DNA from: Candidatus Binatia bacterium
GTDB taxonomy: Bacteria > Desulfobacterota > Binatia > Bin18
NCBI GenBank assembly: GCA_022820725.1
Contig: JAJEFA010000007.1
Location: forward strand, 221,215 to 285,214
Reading direction: 5' to 3'
Length of the DNA: 64,000 bases
The notes under the pieces were generated by a model. That model saw only the letters and a list, made by a program, of their open reading frames with translations. It did not search any database and was not told the DNA's origin. This document shows positions 27,173-36,963 of this stretch, one piece after another. The number at the start of each line of letters is the position of its first letter. The stretch's first letter is position 1. The position numbers were made by a program, and so were the translations under genes.

Positions 27173-28558
27173 ATGCCACGCTACATCCTCCAGCCCCCGG
27201 TTCTTATCGCCAGCGCCAGCGCTGTACTGGTCTCGCTCGATACGTCCGTGAATATCGCCTTCCCGGCGATTACAGCCGCCTTTGGCCTGGACGTCACAGC
27301 CATGCAGTGGGTTGTGGTCAGCTATGTCCTGACCTATGCCAGCCTGCTGCTCGGCTGCGGCAAGGTCGCCGATGTATGGGGTCACAGCCGCGTCCTGAGC
27401 TGGGGCCTGATCGCCAGCGCCGTCGCCCTGCTGCTATGCGGCCTGGCACCCACCTTCCCCCTGCTGCTCGGGGCCCGGGTTGTGCAGGGCATCGCCGTCG
27501 CCCTCGTTTTTGCCGCGGCCCCGGCGCTGGCCACGCTGTCGGTCCCACCGCCCGTCCGAGGTCGCGTCCTCGGTGTTTTTCAGATGAGTGCGGCGGTTGG
27601 CTTTGCCTTGGGACCCCTCGTCGGTGGTCTCTTGATCGGCAGCTTTGGCTGGCGGGCGGTATATCTGTTTCGGGTCGTGCCGGCCCTGGTGCTGGGCTGG
27701 TGGGCGTTCAGACAGGCCCCGGCAGCCACCAAACAGACTGCCCGGCCCGCTTTTGACACTCTCGGCATGCTCAGTCTGGCGGGCGGTATCGCCGGATTTC
27801 TGCTGGCCATGAGTCGGGGCCAGGCCGCCGGCTGGGATTCACCCCTCGTCCTGACCCTGCTGGGGCTCTCCGGCCTGAGCTTTGCCCTGTTTGTGAAGAT
27901 CGAGAACACGGCCAACACCCCGGTTGTGGATCTCAGCCTGTTCCGCCGACCGGCCTTTACGCTGGCCAACGCCCTGAATGTGCTGGCGAACGGCGCCATG
28001 TTTGCGATTTGGCTCCTCGTCCCCCACTATGCCGTGCAAGTTCTCGGGTATCCCGCAGCCACCGCCGGGTTGGTATTGGTCGCCACCCCCCTGGCTACCG
28101 CCCTGGTGGCTCCACTGGCGGGTGCGCTCACGGACCGGATAGGGACCAAGCTGCTGAGTTCGGTGGGACTCGGTCTCGAGGCCTGTGGACTGTGGCTGAT
28201 GAGTACGCTATCCGGCGAAGCCGCTACCCTGCCGGCCGTGTTGACGCTCGGCCTGGTTGGGGCGGGCATCGGGCTCTTCCAGGTGCCCAATATGAGCTTT
28301 GTGATGGGGGCGATTCCTCGCGACCAGCAGGGGGTCGCGGGCGGGATGAGCCAGATGATGCGGACACTGGGCGTCGTCCTCGGCGTGACCGGCGCCAGTA
28401 CGCTGTTTGCCAGCCGCAAGCTCGTGTATGAGGCCGCTGGCTCCGGGGTGTATGCAGACCCGTTTATACCAGCCTTCCAGGACGTGTTCCTGGTCTGCGC
28501 AGGAGTCTGTTTGTGTGCGTGTGTGCTGTCCGTGCTCCGCCGGGGAACGGCAGGCTGA
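27173..28558 (+). CDS. MFS transporter (DHA2/EmrB-like drug:H+ antiporter type)
   Basis: 461 aa with many hydrophobic spans. The N-terminus LVSLDTSVNIAFPAI and GKVADVWGHSRVL are typical of this family. Confidence 0.85.
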   Translation: MPRYILQPPVLIASASAVLVSLDTSVNIAFPAITAAFGLDVTAMQWVVVSYVLTYASLLLGCGKVADVWGHSRVLSWGLIASAVALLLCGLAPTFPLLLGARVVQGIAVALVFAAAPALATLSVPPPVRGRVLGVFQMSAAVGFALGPLVGGLLIGSFGWRAVYLFRVVPALVLGWWAFRQAPAATKQTARPAFDTLGMLSLAGGIAGFLLAMSRGQAAGWDSPLVLTLLGLSGLSFALFVKIENTANTPVVDLSLFRRPAFTLANALNVLANGAMFAIWLLVPHYAVQVLGYPAATAGLVLVATPLATALVAPLAGALTDRIGTKLLSSVGLGLEACGLWLMSTLSGEAATLPAVLTLGLVGAGIGLFQVPNMSFVMGAIPRDQQGVAGGMSQMMRTLGVVLGVTGASTLFASRKLVYEAAGSGVYADPFIPAFQDVFLVCAGVCLCACVLSVLRRGTAG

Positions 28559-28707
28559 GCGCGAGCCGGGCCGCTCCCGGATGGTCCGTGCCCAAGAGCC
28601 ACGAGTGGGTCGTGACGGAATCGTCCCCCCATTCTACTCGGCATCAGGTACGAGTGGATTTCAAAGTCCCGTTTGATGAGATTCCAAAGAGGAATACGAA
28701 TTGATTC

Positions 28708-29127
28708 TTAGCCAACACCGGGCAGTTCGATGATACCGAGTTGGAGATAGAGGGTCAGATAGTCGCTCAGACCCGATTGCTCAACGATTTTGCCATTCTT
28801 GATACGACAAATTGTGATATCGGTAAATTCGACCGATCTGCCGGTTGCCGGTAAATCTGGGAGCGGGCCAGTATGAGTGCCGGTTATGGTCAGGCGAACA
28901 ACGACGCGGTCTCCGGCTGAGATGAGTTCGTCTATCCGCTCACGATAGTCCGGAAAAGCTTTACGAATCTCAAGCGCTAAGTTCTTCGCACCCTCCAATC
29001 CGCTCCCCCAGTTAGTCATGGGGTAGTGAGCTTGAAAATCCTCGGCATAAAACTCGCCTATGCGAGAGACGTCTCCCTCGCTCCAGATCACCTGGCAGGC
29101 AGCTCTCACGAGCTCTTCGTTCGTCAT
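28708..29127 (-). CDS. SnoaL-like ester cyclase family protein
   Basis: 139 aa. EFYAEDFQAHYP...DRVVVRLTITGTHTG...ICRIKNGKIVE is typical of SnoaL-like polyketide cyclases. Confidence 0.8.
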   Translation of the reverse strand: MTNEELVRAACQVIWSEGDVSRIGEFYAEDFQAHYPMTNWGSGLEGAKNLALEIRKAFPDYRERIDELISAGDRVVVRLTITGTHTGPLPDLPATGRSVEFTDITICRIKNGKIVEQSGLSDYLTLYLQLGIIELPGVG

Positions 29128-29546
29128 TGTGCTTCGTCGCCGTCTTGAATTTTGACTTCAACGAAAACCGCGCCGCTCCATTCCGCCCGCATATAGGTCC
29201 ACGGACGCAGTTTCCTGAATCCCGCGCTGCTTCGCTCGGAATCATCGAGAATGGGAGTGGCCCAGCCTGTATACTCCACTCCCTGAATGAGCATCGTGAC
29301 TTCCGCGCCGTCCACCAGATGTTTCTCCCACCCGAAATCGCTTCCGATGTAGACCATATCTCCCTCGCGCAGGTAGTTCACCGGAAACGTTTTCATTTGC
29401 GCCGTCTCCCGGTCCTTCATCGTGATGAGCATGGTGCGGCCACTGAACAGCGCGTGCTGCTCGGATTGCAGGATGATCGGCACCAGAGGATGGTAGGCCG
29501 CAGCGAGTACAGAGAGGCCGGCTAATACGGAAATAATAGTAATCAT
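29124..29546 (-). CDS. membrane-anchored split-beta-barrel protein (DUF385/deazaflavin-dependent nitroreductase-like)
   Basis: ATG 29544-29546 follows GAGGA. There is an N-terminal TM segment MITIISVLAGLSVLAAA. The remainder loosely follows the DUF385 pattern (...PVNYLREGDMVYIGS...). It overlaps the next gene by 4 nt. The family call is tentative. Confidence 0.5.
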   Translation of the reverse strand: MITIISVLAGLSVLAAAYHPLVPIILQSEQHALFSGRTMLITMKDRETAQMKTFPVNYLREGDMVYIGSDFGWEKHLVDGAEVTMLIQGVEYTGWATPILDDSERSSAGFRKLRPWTYMRAEWSGAVFVEVKIQDGDEAQ

Positions 29547-29562
29547 ACGTTTTCCTCGACCT

Positions 29563-30465
29563 CTATTTCGCATAGGTCACTCCGGTTAGCCGCTCCGACA
29601 GCTCCCAGAGTTTTTTGGCGTTTTCGTCGTTACGGGCGTGTTTGCTCATATACGCCTTGGCCGGCGGGCCGGTCATCTCGAATAGACCGCCAGGCCCGAA
29701 GTAATCACGGCCGATGACATCCCCAGCCGTAGCCGCATAGAGCGTCGGCAGCGCACCGGCAGGCGGGTCCTGCGCCACAAGCGGAAAACTCATCATAAAC
29801 CGAAAACTCGGCTTATACTGCTGAAGATTGGTTCGGGTTGAACCAGGATGGGCCGCCGTGGAGAGCAGAGAGCCTGTCTCTGTATGATAACGACGTTGCA
29901 GCTCACGCATGAACAGCAAATTAGCCAGCTTGCTATAGCCATACGCCCTGTTCGGTGAATATTTCCTTTCCGCATTCAGATTGTCGAAATGCATGGGGCT
30001 ATACCGATGCATGATACTGCTCACGGTCACGATACGTGAGTTTTCTGTTTTGAGTAAGAGCGCCAGTAAGCGTCCGGTCAGCGCAAAATGGCCGAGATGA
30101 TTCGTGCCAAACTGCCGCTCGAAACCGTCCGCTGTCCGCTCCAAAGCAGGCACCATCATGACACCCGCGTTGTTGATCAACAGGTCGAGGTTTTGGTGGG
30201 TAGCGGTAAAATTCTCGGCGAACGTTTTAACGGACTCCAGGCTCGCCAAGTCGAGCGGTTGAAATTCGACCGTGGCCTGCGGGGCGCTGTGCAGAATATC
30301 CGCACATGCAGCTTCGCCTTTTTCTTTATTCCGGCAGGCGAGGATCACCTGGGCGCCTTTTTGCGCGAGAACACGGGCCGTCTCCAGGCCGATACCACTG
30401 TTTGCACCGGTCACAATTGCAATACGCCCGGTTTGGTCCGAAACGTCCTTTTCGCTCCACGCCAT
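29563..30465 (-). CDS. SDR family oxidoreductase (retinol dehydrogenase/WWOX-like)
   Basis: ATG 30463-30465 follows AAAGGAGGA. Motifs are VTGANSGIGLETA, NNAG and YGYSKLAN (YxxxK). Confidence 0.9.
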   Translation of the reverse strand: MAWSEKDVSDQTGRIAIVTGANSGIGLETARVLAQKGAQVILACRNKEKGEAACADILHSAPQATVEFQPLDLASLESVKTFAENFTATHQNLDLLINNAGVMMVPALERTADGFERQFGTNHLGHFALTGRLLALLLKTENSRIVTVSSIMHRYSPMHFDNLNAERKYSPNRAYGYSKLANLLFMRELQRRYHTETGSLLSTAAHPGSTRTNLQQYKPSFRFMMSFPLVAQDPPAGALPTLYAATAGDVIGRDYFGPGGLFEMTGPPAKAYMSKHARNDENAKKLWELSERLTGVTYAK

Positions 30466-30510
30466 GGTTGGTCCTCCTTTGGCTTCACCGTTTCTGTTGA
30501 GGGGCGGCAT

Positions 30511-30599
30511 TCTGACATATTGACTTATTATGTCAATAAGTTATTTCCTTCCTCGTAACGAATGAGGAAATTGACAGGTCGGCAGGGTCTGTCATGATG
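30511..30599. promoter_or_regulatory. divergent promoter/operator region between the SDR and TetR genes
   Basis: Two inverted repeats are present: TATTGAC-N7-GTCAATA (30518-30538) and TGACAG-N11-CTGTCA (30572-30594). The second overlaps a TTGACA (30571-30576)-16 nt-TGtCATGAT promoter-like element just upstream of the tetR ATG. Confidence 0.4.
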
Positions 30600-30607
30600 T
30601 CTCGACT

Positions 30608-31213
30608 ATGAGCACGGCTGCAGAACACACGCGGAGCGAAAGCCGCCGCGCCGCGATTTTAGAGGCCGCCCAAACCTGCTTCTTTCAGTACGGCTTGGAG
30701 CGGACACGGATGGAGGACATCGCCCGTCTCGCGCATATTTCAAGACCCGCGCTGTACGAGCATTTCGAGAACAAATCGGCTATTTTTCTGGCCTTAGCAC
30801 GTTCTATCATAACATCGCAGCTACAAGAGGCAGAAGTGGAACTTCGGCATTCCGGCCCAATCTGGAAGCGTGTGATCTCCGCTTTTGAAGCCTGGTCGGT
30901 AAAGCCGCTAGAAATGATTGCAGCAGCGCCGCATGCTGACGATATTATTCAAGCAGGCTCGGGATTAGCGGCGGATGTGTATCGCGAAGGACGTGAAAAT
31001 TTCTGTAAACGGCTCTCCGCCGCTCTCCAAGATGCCACCCGAAAAGGTGAGCTGAATCTGAAAAAAGCAGGACTCACGGCGACAGCAGCGGCAGACCTGC
31101 TTGTTACTGCGTCGACTGGCGCGAAAGGCGATTGGAAAGATACCGCCCTGTACAGAAAGCGCATCGCCGGCTTTATCCGTGTGTTTGCTGCGGCAACTTC
31201 CCCGGGGGAATAG
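30608..31213 (+). CDS. TetR/AcrR family transcriptional regulator
   Basis: 201 aa with the N-terminal HTH TRMEDIARLAHISRPALYEHFENK. It is divergent from the SDR gene. Confidence 0.9.
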   Translation: MSTAAEHTRSESRRAAILEAAQTCFFQYGLERTRMEDIARLAHISRPALYEHFENKSAIFLALARSIITSQLQEAEVELRHSGPIWKRVISAFEAWSVKPLEMIAAAPHADDIIQAGSGLAADVYREGRENFCKRLSAALQDATRKGELNLKKAGLTATAAADLLVTASTGAKGDWKDTALYRKRIAGFIRVFAAATSPGE

Positions 31214-31348
31214 GGGGAGCCATCTGGTAGACTTCGCGTCCGGAATAGAGCAGCGCGCTGAACGAGGCGATGACCACACCGGCGAGCACTATCCAGAGTG
31301 AACGGAAGCCCCTGTTCTCCTGCCACGACTCTGCCATACGGAGGTCCT

Positions 31349-31810
31349 CTACCGGCTGGGTGTGACTCGGACAGCAACCATATTGCCGGCCTGAACCCGG
31401 CCGGCCAGCGGCATAGCCCAATACGTCAACCAGGCCATCCAGTATTTTTTCTTATACGCTGCGTTGATCCGATCCAGGATAACGGGATCGGTCACAATCT
31501 GGGTTTCCCCACTAAAAGCCGACTCCTGCTTCTCATCCAGCCAGACCAGGACCGGGCTCCCCTTCCGAATCCGGCGGGCTTTGAATGAGGTCGGAGCAGT
31601 GATGAAGTAAACTACCTCATCCTCATACGCGAACCAGACAGGAGCCGGGCGACTCCAGTCACCATTGGCGCGCTTGGTGGCCACAGAGATTAACTTTTGG
31701 GTCTTCAGGAAAGTTTTAACAGATGGGTTCAATCCGCCTCCGCTGTCTGCCATGCTTCCGCCAGCCACACTCAGAGTGAGCACAATGCCGAGAAACCTCT
31801 TCAGAGTCAT
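31349..31810 (-). CDS. secreted pyridoxamine 5'-phosphate oxidase (PPOX)-family protein
   Basis: 153 aa with the signal-like N-terminus MTLKRFLGIVLTLSVAGGSMA. ISVATKRANGDWSRPAPVWFAYEDEVVYFIT matches the PNPOx-like split barrel. Confidence 0.7.
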   Translation of the reverse strand: MTLKRFLGIVLTLSVAGGSMADSGGGLNPSVKTFLKTQKLISVATKRANGDWSRPAPVWFAYEDEVVYFITAPTSFKARRIRKGSPVLVWLDEKQESAFSGETQIVTDPVILDRINAAYKKKYWMAWLTYWAMPLAGRVQAGNMVAVRVTPSR

Positions 31811-31930
31811 GATGGCCTCTTAGTGACGACTGCACGCGTGGCATTGACCGACCGCTCGGCCGCCCGGACCGAAGAGGCGCATAAGCTGGGACTGAGGGCC
31901 TGACCTGACCACAACCGCAGTGATAATCCG

Positions 31931-33049
31931 TCAAATCCCGAAGAAGCGCCTGGCGTTCCCCCCCAGAATTTTATCCACCGACTCGGGCGGCAACGAAGAC
32001 AGGGTTTCACGCGCTTTGCGCACAGGCTCCACAAAGCCTTCGGCGTGGGGGTAGTCGGAGCCGACGAAAAATTTTTCATCTCCGGCAAACTGGACGATGA
32101 GGGGAAACATCCTCTCTTCGGGATCGCCGTTAATCCAGATATTGCGCTCGAAGTATTCGGAGGCCGGACGCTCCATCTGCGAGGTATGACCCATGTATTT
32201 ATACCGGTAGTCGAGCCGTTCCAGCCATTCGCCAATCCAGCCGACCATAGCCTCTATGGTGGCCACCCGCAGACGGGGAAAGCGTTCCAGCACGCCGTCG
32301 TAGACCATAGTGGTCAGCGCCATACGCGGGTCCTGGATCAGGTTCATGGTCACGAACATCATGCCGGGGTCGCGGTCGCGGTACCATTCGCGTCCGGTCG
32401 AATGCTTATGTCCGGTCAGGTGGATGCCGACACTCAGGTCCAAGTCCTGCACCGCAGCCCAGATGGGGTCCAAATCCGGGTGCCCAAAACTACGGCCGTT
32501 TATGGGAGCCGCAGCAACAAATATCGTCCGGCAGCCCAGCCTGGCGACCCGGTTGAGTTCGCGCACAGCCAGCGCCGCGTCGCGCAGGGAAATATGCGCC
32601 GCAGGGAAAAGCCGATCGCTATGGCTGGCGCACAGTTCAAACGCCCAGGTGTTATAGGCCCGGCTCAGGGCGTCGGCAAAGACCGGGTCCTCCACAGTGC
32701 CTTCCCATAAGAGACCGAGCGTAGGGTAGATGACCTGGGCATGAATCCCTTCGGCATCCAGGAACTCGACCCGCTTGTCCATATTCTGCCAGTCAGGGCT
32801 GAGCGCCAGATATTGATCGAAATGGCTGACGTCCCGGCCCATTTCTTTCTGTCCATAGGCCACCACTGCGGCCAACAGGTCTGTGGCGTTGACCAGCTTT
32901 AAGGGCTTGCCGTCCACCAGGATGGTCGGCTCACCGCTGGTCGGATCCTTTTCCACCCGCATGGCCCGCTCCCGAAATGCCGGATCAATATAGCGGGGGT
33001 AGAGGTCAAGCGGTTCCATAAAGTGGCTGTCACCATCGATCACGTTCAT
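31931..33049 (-). CDS. amidohydrolase_2 (ACMSD/LigW-type metal-dependent hydrolase/decarboxylase) family protein
   Basis: ATG 33047-33049 is 7 nt after GAGGAG, inside ORF 31931-33214. Motifs are VIDGDSHFMEP, GSDYPHAEG and the C-terminal ILGGNARRFFGI. Confidence 0.85.
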   Translation of the reverse strand: MNVIDGDSHFMEPLDLYPRYIDPAFRERAMRVEKDPTSGEPTILVDGKPLKLVNATDLLAAVVAYGQKEMGRDVSHFDQYLALSPDWQNMDKRVEFLDAEGIHAQVIYPTLGLLWEGTVEDPVFADALSRAYNTWAFELCASHSDRLFPAAHISLRDAALAVRELNRVARLGCRTIFVAAAPINGRSFGHPDLDPIWAAVQDLDLSVGIHLTGHKHSTGREWYRDRDPGMMFVTMNLIQDPRMALTTMVYDGVLERFPRLRVATIEAMVGWIGEWLERLDYRYKYMGHTSQMERPASEYFERNIWINGDPEERMFPLIVQFAGDEKFFVGSDYPHAEGFVEPVRKARETLSSLPPESVDKILGGNARRFFGI

Positions 33050-33144
33050 TGACATACTCCTCTCAGTTCGACTCCGGCAAAAAATTCCGTACGTTCTCGA
33101 AACGTGAACAACTCTACCATTGGTGCTCGTGTTGAGAAATATCT

Positions 33145-34185
33145 CTACACACTGGGTTGTTCGGCGTTCTGCGCGGCGGTCACCATGTTCTCTTCGTCCG
33201 CTTGATTGCCCCACACTGCATCGTATGCAAAGTCGCTGCCAACCCGTTTCAACTCGGCTTTACATGCCGTATCAATGAAGTCCTGCTGGTCGGGGGATAA
33301 AAGCTCGGACGACCCGCCGCTGACACCGCGGCGGATCATCTGCCGGTTGGGCGACGACCACGGGGTGAGCGCCGGGGGCTTGAACTTCTCATCCATGCTT
33401 TTCATGTACGCAAATGAACTCTTCTCACATACCGCGGCAAATTCCTCTGAGGTCAATACGACCTGCATGAACTCGGCAATACGTCGCACGACCGCGGCCA
33501 TGTCCTGCGTCATCTCGTTAAAGGTCAGGATCAACAGGTTGGGCAAGTGACGGTTCTTCCAGTAGCCGTGCAGGTGTGCGGACCAGTTGAACGGCGAGGC
33601 ATCGGAAAAGAAGAGCCGTAGCCAGACCGGCACGGCCGGCATCAGCGGGCCGAACATGACATCACGGACAAACAGATAATTTGACACAAAGGCATCCTTG
33701 GGGTCGCGCAGAATACAGATGTAGCGGGCGTCCGGGGTGGAGGGAATCCGCTCCCACTCCAGATGGGTTTTAATCACCCGCAGGCCGGTAGGCGCGGCCC
33801 GGCGGGCGGTATCGTCCGACAGGGGCACGACGAGGTCCTGCCTGGCAAAATCCGGCCACGGTACCACATCGTGAATATGCCTGAACTCGCCCTTGCCCCG
33901 CATGGCAATTTGATAAGCGATCTGCATGGCCCAGTTCGTACCGCATTTGGGAAACGTACACACCACCACATCGTGCCGGCTGGGCCGGTAGTCGCCAAAA
34001 TCATACCCGGTCAGCATCTTGGCCTTCATCTTGCGGCCGACGGCGGCCCAGAAACGATCCGCATACCCGACCGTATCAATCAACCACAGCAGCGGTTTGA
34101 TAAGAACATAGGTCAAGACCAGAACCGGATACCGGATATGAGCGGGGAAAAGGTCGTGATGAAACGGGCGGTGCGAAGAAGCCAT
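33145..34185 (-). CDS. PAPS-dependent sulfotransferase (Sulfotransfer_1 type)
   Basis: 346 aa with the 5'-PSB motif TFPKCGTNW and the 3'-PB motif ILRDPKDAFVSNY. There is a hydrophobic N-terminal segment YPVLVLTYVLIKPLLWLI. Confidence 0.8.
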   Translation of the reverse strand: MASSHRPFHHDLFPAHIRYPVLVLTYVLIKPLLWLIDTVGYADRFWAAVGRKMKAKMLTGYDFGDYRPSRHDVVVCTFPKCGTNWAMQIAYQIAMRGKGEFRHIHDVVPWPDFARQDLVVPLSDDTARRAAPTGLRVIKTHLEWERIPSTPDARYICILRDPKDAFVSNYLFVRDVMFGPLMPAVPVWLRLFFSDASPFNWSAHLHGYWKNRHLPNLLILTFNEMTQDMAAVVRRIAEFMQVVLTSEEFAAVCEKSSFAYMKSMDEKFKPPALTPWSSPNRQMIRRGVSGGSSELLSPDQQDFIDTACKAELKRVGSDFAYDAVWGNQADEENMVTAAQNAEQPSV

Positions 34186-34223
34186 GCGTTCTCCCTTGTC
34201 CGGGCGGCACTCCCTAGCCTACC

Positions 34224-35498
34224 TTATTGCACCAGTTCGATGCCGAACTGTTCGGCGGCATTGCCGCCCAGCATACAGGCCATGCTGGCCTCGTCGATAT
34301 GAGCCTGACTCAGGGTTTCAATCGCCTCCCAGGCGCTGGTCGTATCCTGCTGCGGATAGCGTGAGCCCCAGACGATTTTGTGGGCAAAGGTGTGGGGCAA
34401 CTGCTGGATCAGTCGCTCCTCGGCGTCAAAGGCGAGCAGCACCCGGCCCTCTTCCCACATGTCTTCCACATCGGTCCGCACCGGATAGTAGTGCAGGGGC
34501 GGAATCGTCAGGACGGACGCTTCCATCTTCTCCAGTACCTCTTCCATCCAGGACGCCTGACCGCCGGCCATTACTACCTTCAGCTTCGGGTAGCGTTGCA
34601 TGACCGTAAAACCGATCAGAGTCGCGGCTACAAACATATGGTTATCCAACCACGGGGATAGGATCGGTGCGACCGGATGTCCAATCGGCTGCTGGGCGCC
34701 AAAGGTAAAATTCGGCCCGTTGCCACCGCCCGCAAACGGGCCGCCGCCGGCTTCCCTGAACAGGGTGACCTGCGTGAGCCGACGGTTGACCTTCTCGATA
34801 AACGGGGCGTGGGAGGTCCATTCCGGGTTCCATAAGCCGCTGGCCGGATGAACGGCGAGCGTCAGATCGAGCCGCTCAAGCTCGGCCCAGAACGGGTCGT
34901 AGTAGGGATGGGTATAATAGCGCCCCTGCACGAACAGTGGTCGGAGAAACACACCCCGAAAGCATGGCATGGACACAATCCGTCGCAGCTCCGCCAGCGC
35001 GTAGTCCATGTTTTGCAGGGGAATCATGGCCGCGGCATACAGGCGGTCGGGCGCGGCCTGGCAGAAGTCGGCGATCCAGTTGTTATACGCCCGGGCGAGG
35101 GCGTTGGCGCTGTCCGGGTCCTTGATCAGGGGGAAGCCCTCGGCAAACCAGGTCGGGTAGAGCAGGGTCTGGTCCACGCCCATGGCGTCCATATCCCGCA
35201 ACCGGGCCTGGGGATCAGACGCCCCCTCGGTCATGGCGTGCCGGGTATCGGGGTCGAGCTCCCCGATCTGCTCGCAGGTCATGCCCGGTCGCCAGATGGC
35301 GTAGCGGGGGATGTTGGGGTTGACCTGGTCATGGTGGGCCTCGCCGTTGATTTTGAGATAGGAGGCATACTGACCGTCTTCCCGCCACAGAGAGAATTTG
35401 CCCAGGGTGCGATGGTCGGGCTCCAGATAGGTCTCCCAGATCGCGGGCGACTCCACAATATGAGAGTTGGCATCAAAAACGGCAAAGCGCTTGGTCAT
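34224..35498 (-). CDS. amidohydrolase_2 family protein
   Basis: 424 aa with VFDANSHIVESP, WGSRYPQQD and the C-terminal MLGGNAAEQFGI. It overlaps the upstream paralog by 4 nt. Confidence 0.85.
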   Translation of the reverse strand: MTKRFAVFDANSHIVESPAIWETYLEPDHRTLGKFSLWREDGQYASYLKINGEAHHDQVNPNIPRYAIWRPGMTCEQIGELDPDTRHAMTEGASDPQARLRDMDAMGVDQTLLYPTWFAEGFPLIKDPDSANALARAYNNWIADFCQAAPDRLYAAAMIPLQNMDYALAELRRIVSMPCFRGVFLRPLFVQGRYYTHPYYDPFWAELERLDLTLAVHPASGLWNPEWTSHAPFIEKVNRRLTQVTLFREAGGGPFAGGGNGPNFTFGAQQPIGHPVAPILSPWLDNHMFVAATLIGFTVMQRYPKLKVVMAGGQASWMEEVLEKMEASVLTIPPLHYYPVRTDVEDMWEEGRVLLAFDAEERLIQQLPHTFAHKIVWGSRYPQQDTTSAWEAIETLSQAHIDEASMACMLGGNAAEQFGIELVQ

Positions 35499-36943
35499 GC
35501 CTGGGCTCCTTCAGCCGCCCGGCCGTTTCCGTTGGGCCGTCTGCCACGCTCACGCGGAGGCCGGACGAGTGCGGCCTCGGGCTCCAGGGAGCGCCTGACC
35601 TCGTCCTCGGTCGGCCACCAGTCCGGCCGTTCGATCTCGGTCACTCGCTCCCGGATAAAGGTTTTCGGAGCCTCGATATGGTAGAGCTTGCGCGCGTTGT
35701 CTCCCAGGAATTTGCTCTGGTAGGACTCCGGCAGATCGCACGAGCGCATGGTCTCAAGCGCCCGCCAGACATCGTCGCCGTCGTGGTGATACACGTCGGA
35801 CGACCAGGCCAGGATGTCTTTATAGAATTCGGGCAGACGCGAGGGCGGAGCCTCATCGCCCTCAAAGCCGGTCACACAGTGCGCGAAAAAGGTTTCGCTC
35901 GGCAGACGCTTGAGCGGTGCCAGTTCACGCTCGTTGCGGTACAGCTTGTAGAACTTGTCGCAGCGGTCGAGCAGAAAGCTCAGCCAGGTCGAGGAAGCCT
36001 CAAACACCGCGGCCCGGAGCTTGGGATGACGTTCAAAAAATCCCGACATCAGGACCATGGTGACCCATAGCGCGGCCTCGGCCTGGAAGTTCTGCACATT
36101 GGTCAGAAACGAGTGGGGCAGACCCGCGGAGATAATGGTCCGGGCGATCAGCTCCGCGCCCGAGTACTGTTCGGCATAACCGGCCGGCTTGAGCGAGCCA
36201 AAGGCCGGGAAGGGATGCATGCCGTAGACCACACTGGTCTCTTCCATGGCTCGCCACACCTGCTCATACTTGGGCTGGAGCGGGTAATTGCCCATGGCGT
36301 CGACAGGCCGGACCAGACCCACCCGACAGCCTTTGTCCGCCACCCGGTAGACTTCCTGTGCCGCGTACTTCGGGTCCTGCATGGGCAGCATGGCGGCAAA
36401 ATAGAGTCGCTCGGGGTCTTCCTGACAGTAGTCGTACGCCCACTCGTTATAGGCCTTGCACATGGCCTTGGCCCCGAGCGCGTTTTGCAGCCAGGGATAG
36501 GTGTCGATATCGGTCGGGATGATCATCACCTGGTCTATGCCCTGGATGTCCATATCCTGCAGCCGCTCCCGCGGTTTATAGGAGCCCTTGTGGTCAAGAT
36601 AGTCGGCCTGCTCGACCGTCAGCGCCGTCTTGGGGTTCAGGTTGCGAACGTATAAGGCACGCTGGATATCGTGTTTGAGCCCCGGCCCGGCAAAGGAGAT
36701 GGCGTGGATGCGACCCCGCCGACCGCCAATCAGTTGTGAGCCGATACCCGACCCAGGCACGCCGTTCACAATCAGCTGCCTGCTCTCGGCGTCGAACCAC
36801 ATGGTGGCCTTGAGGGCCTCCAGTTCGTCTTTGGTCAGCCAGTCCTTGGCCCGCTCCCAAATCCAGGGCGGCTCGGTCACATGGGCGTCGCAGTCAAAGG
36901 TCGGGAAGTCTTTGGTCATGGGCGCAAACTTTTGAACCGGCAT
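35495..36943 (-). CDS. amidohydrolase_2 family protein with a C-terminal extension
   Basis: 482 aa with RBS GAGGAG. Motifs are TFDCDAHVTEPP, WSSDVYHHDG and FLGDNARKLYHI, followed by a roughly 65-aa charged tail. Confidence 0.85.
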   Translation of the reverse strand: MPVQKFAPMTKDFPTFDCDAHVTEPPWIWERAKDWLTKDELEALKATMWFDAESRQLIVNGVPGSGIGSQLIGGRRGRIHAISFAGPGLKHDIQRALYVRNLNPKTALTVEQADYLDHKGSYKPRERLQDMDIQGIDQVMIIPTDIDTYPWLQNALGAKAMCKAYNEWAYDYCQEDPERLYFAAMLPMQDPKYAAQEVYRVADKGCRVGLVRPVDAMGNYPLQPKYEQVWRAMEETSVVYGMHPFPAFGSLKPAGYAEQYSGAELIARTIISAGLPHSFLTNVQNFQAEAALWVTMVLMSGFFERHPKLRAAVFEASSTWLSFLLDRCDKFYKLYRNERELAPLKRLPSETFFAHCVTGFEGDEAPPSRLPEFYKDILAWSSDVYHHDGDDVWRALETMRSCDLPESYQSKFLGDNARKLYHIEAPKTFIRERVTEIERPDWWPTEDEVRRSLEPEAALVRPPRERGRRPNGNGRAAEGAQA

Positions 36944-36963
36944 GTCCTCGTCTCCTCAAAGCG

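Noticed and set aside
31173-31421. Small minus-strand ORF. Its inner version MAESWQENRGFRSLWIVLAGVVIASFSALLYSG... starts at 31337, has one TM segment, and lies just downstream of the PPOX gene.
   Set aside because: It may be a real small membrane protein, but it overlaps the 3' end of the convergent TetR gene by about 40 nt. It has only a weak RBS and no recognisable family, so the evidence is too thin to call.
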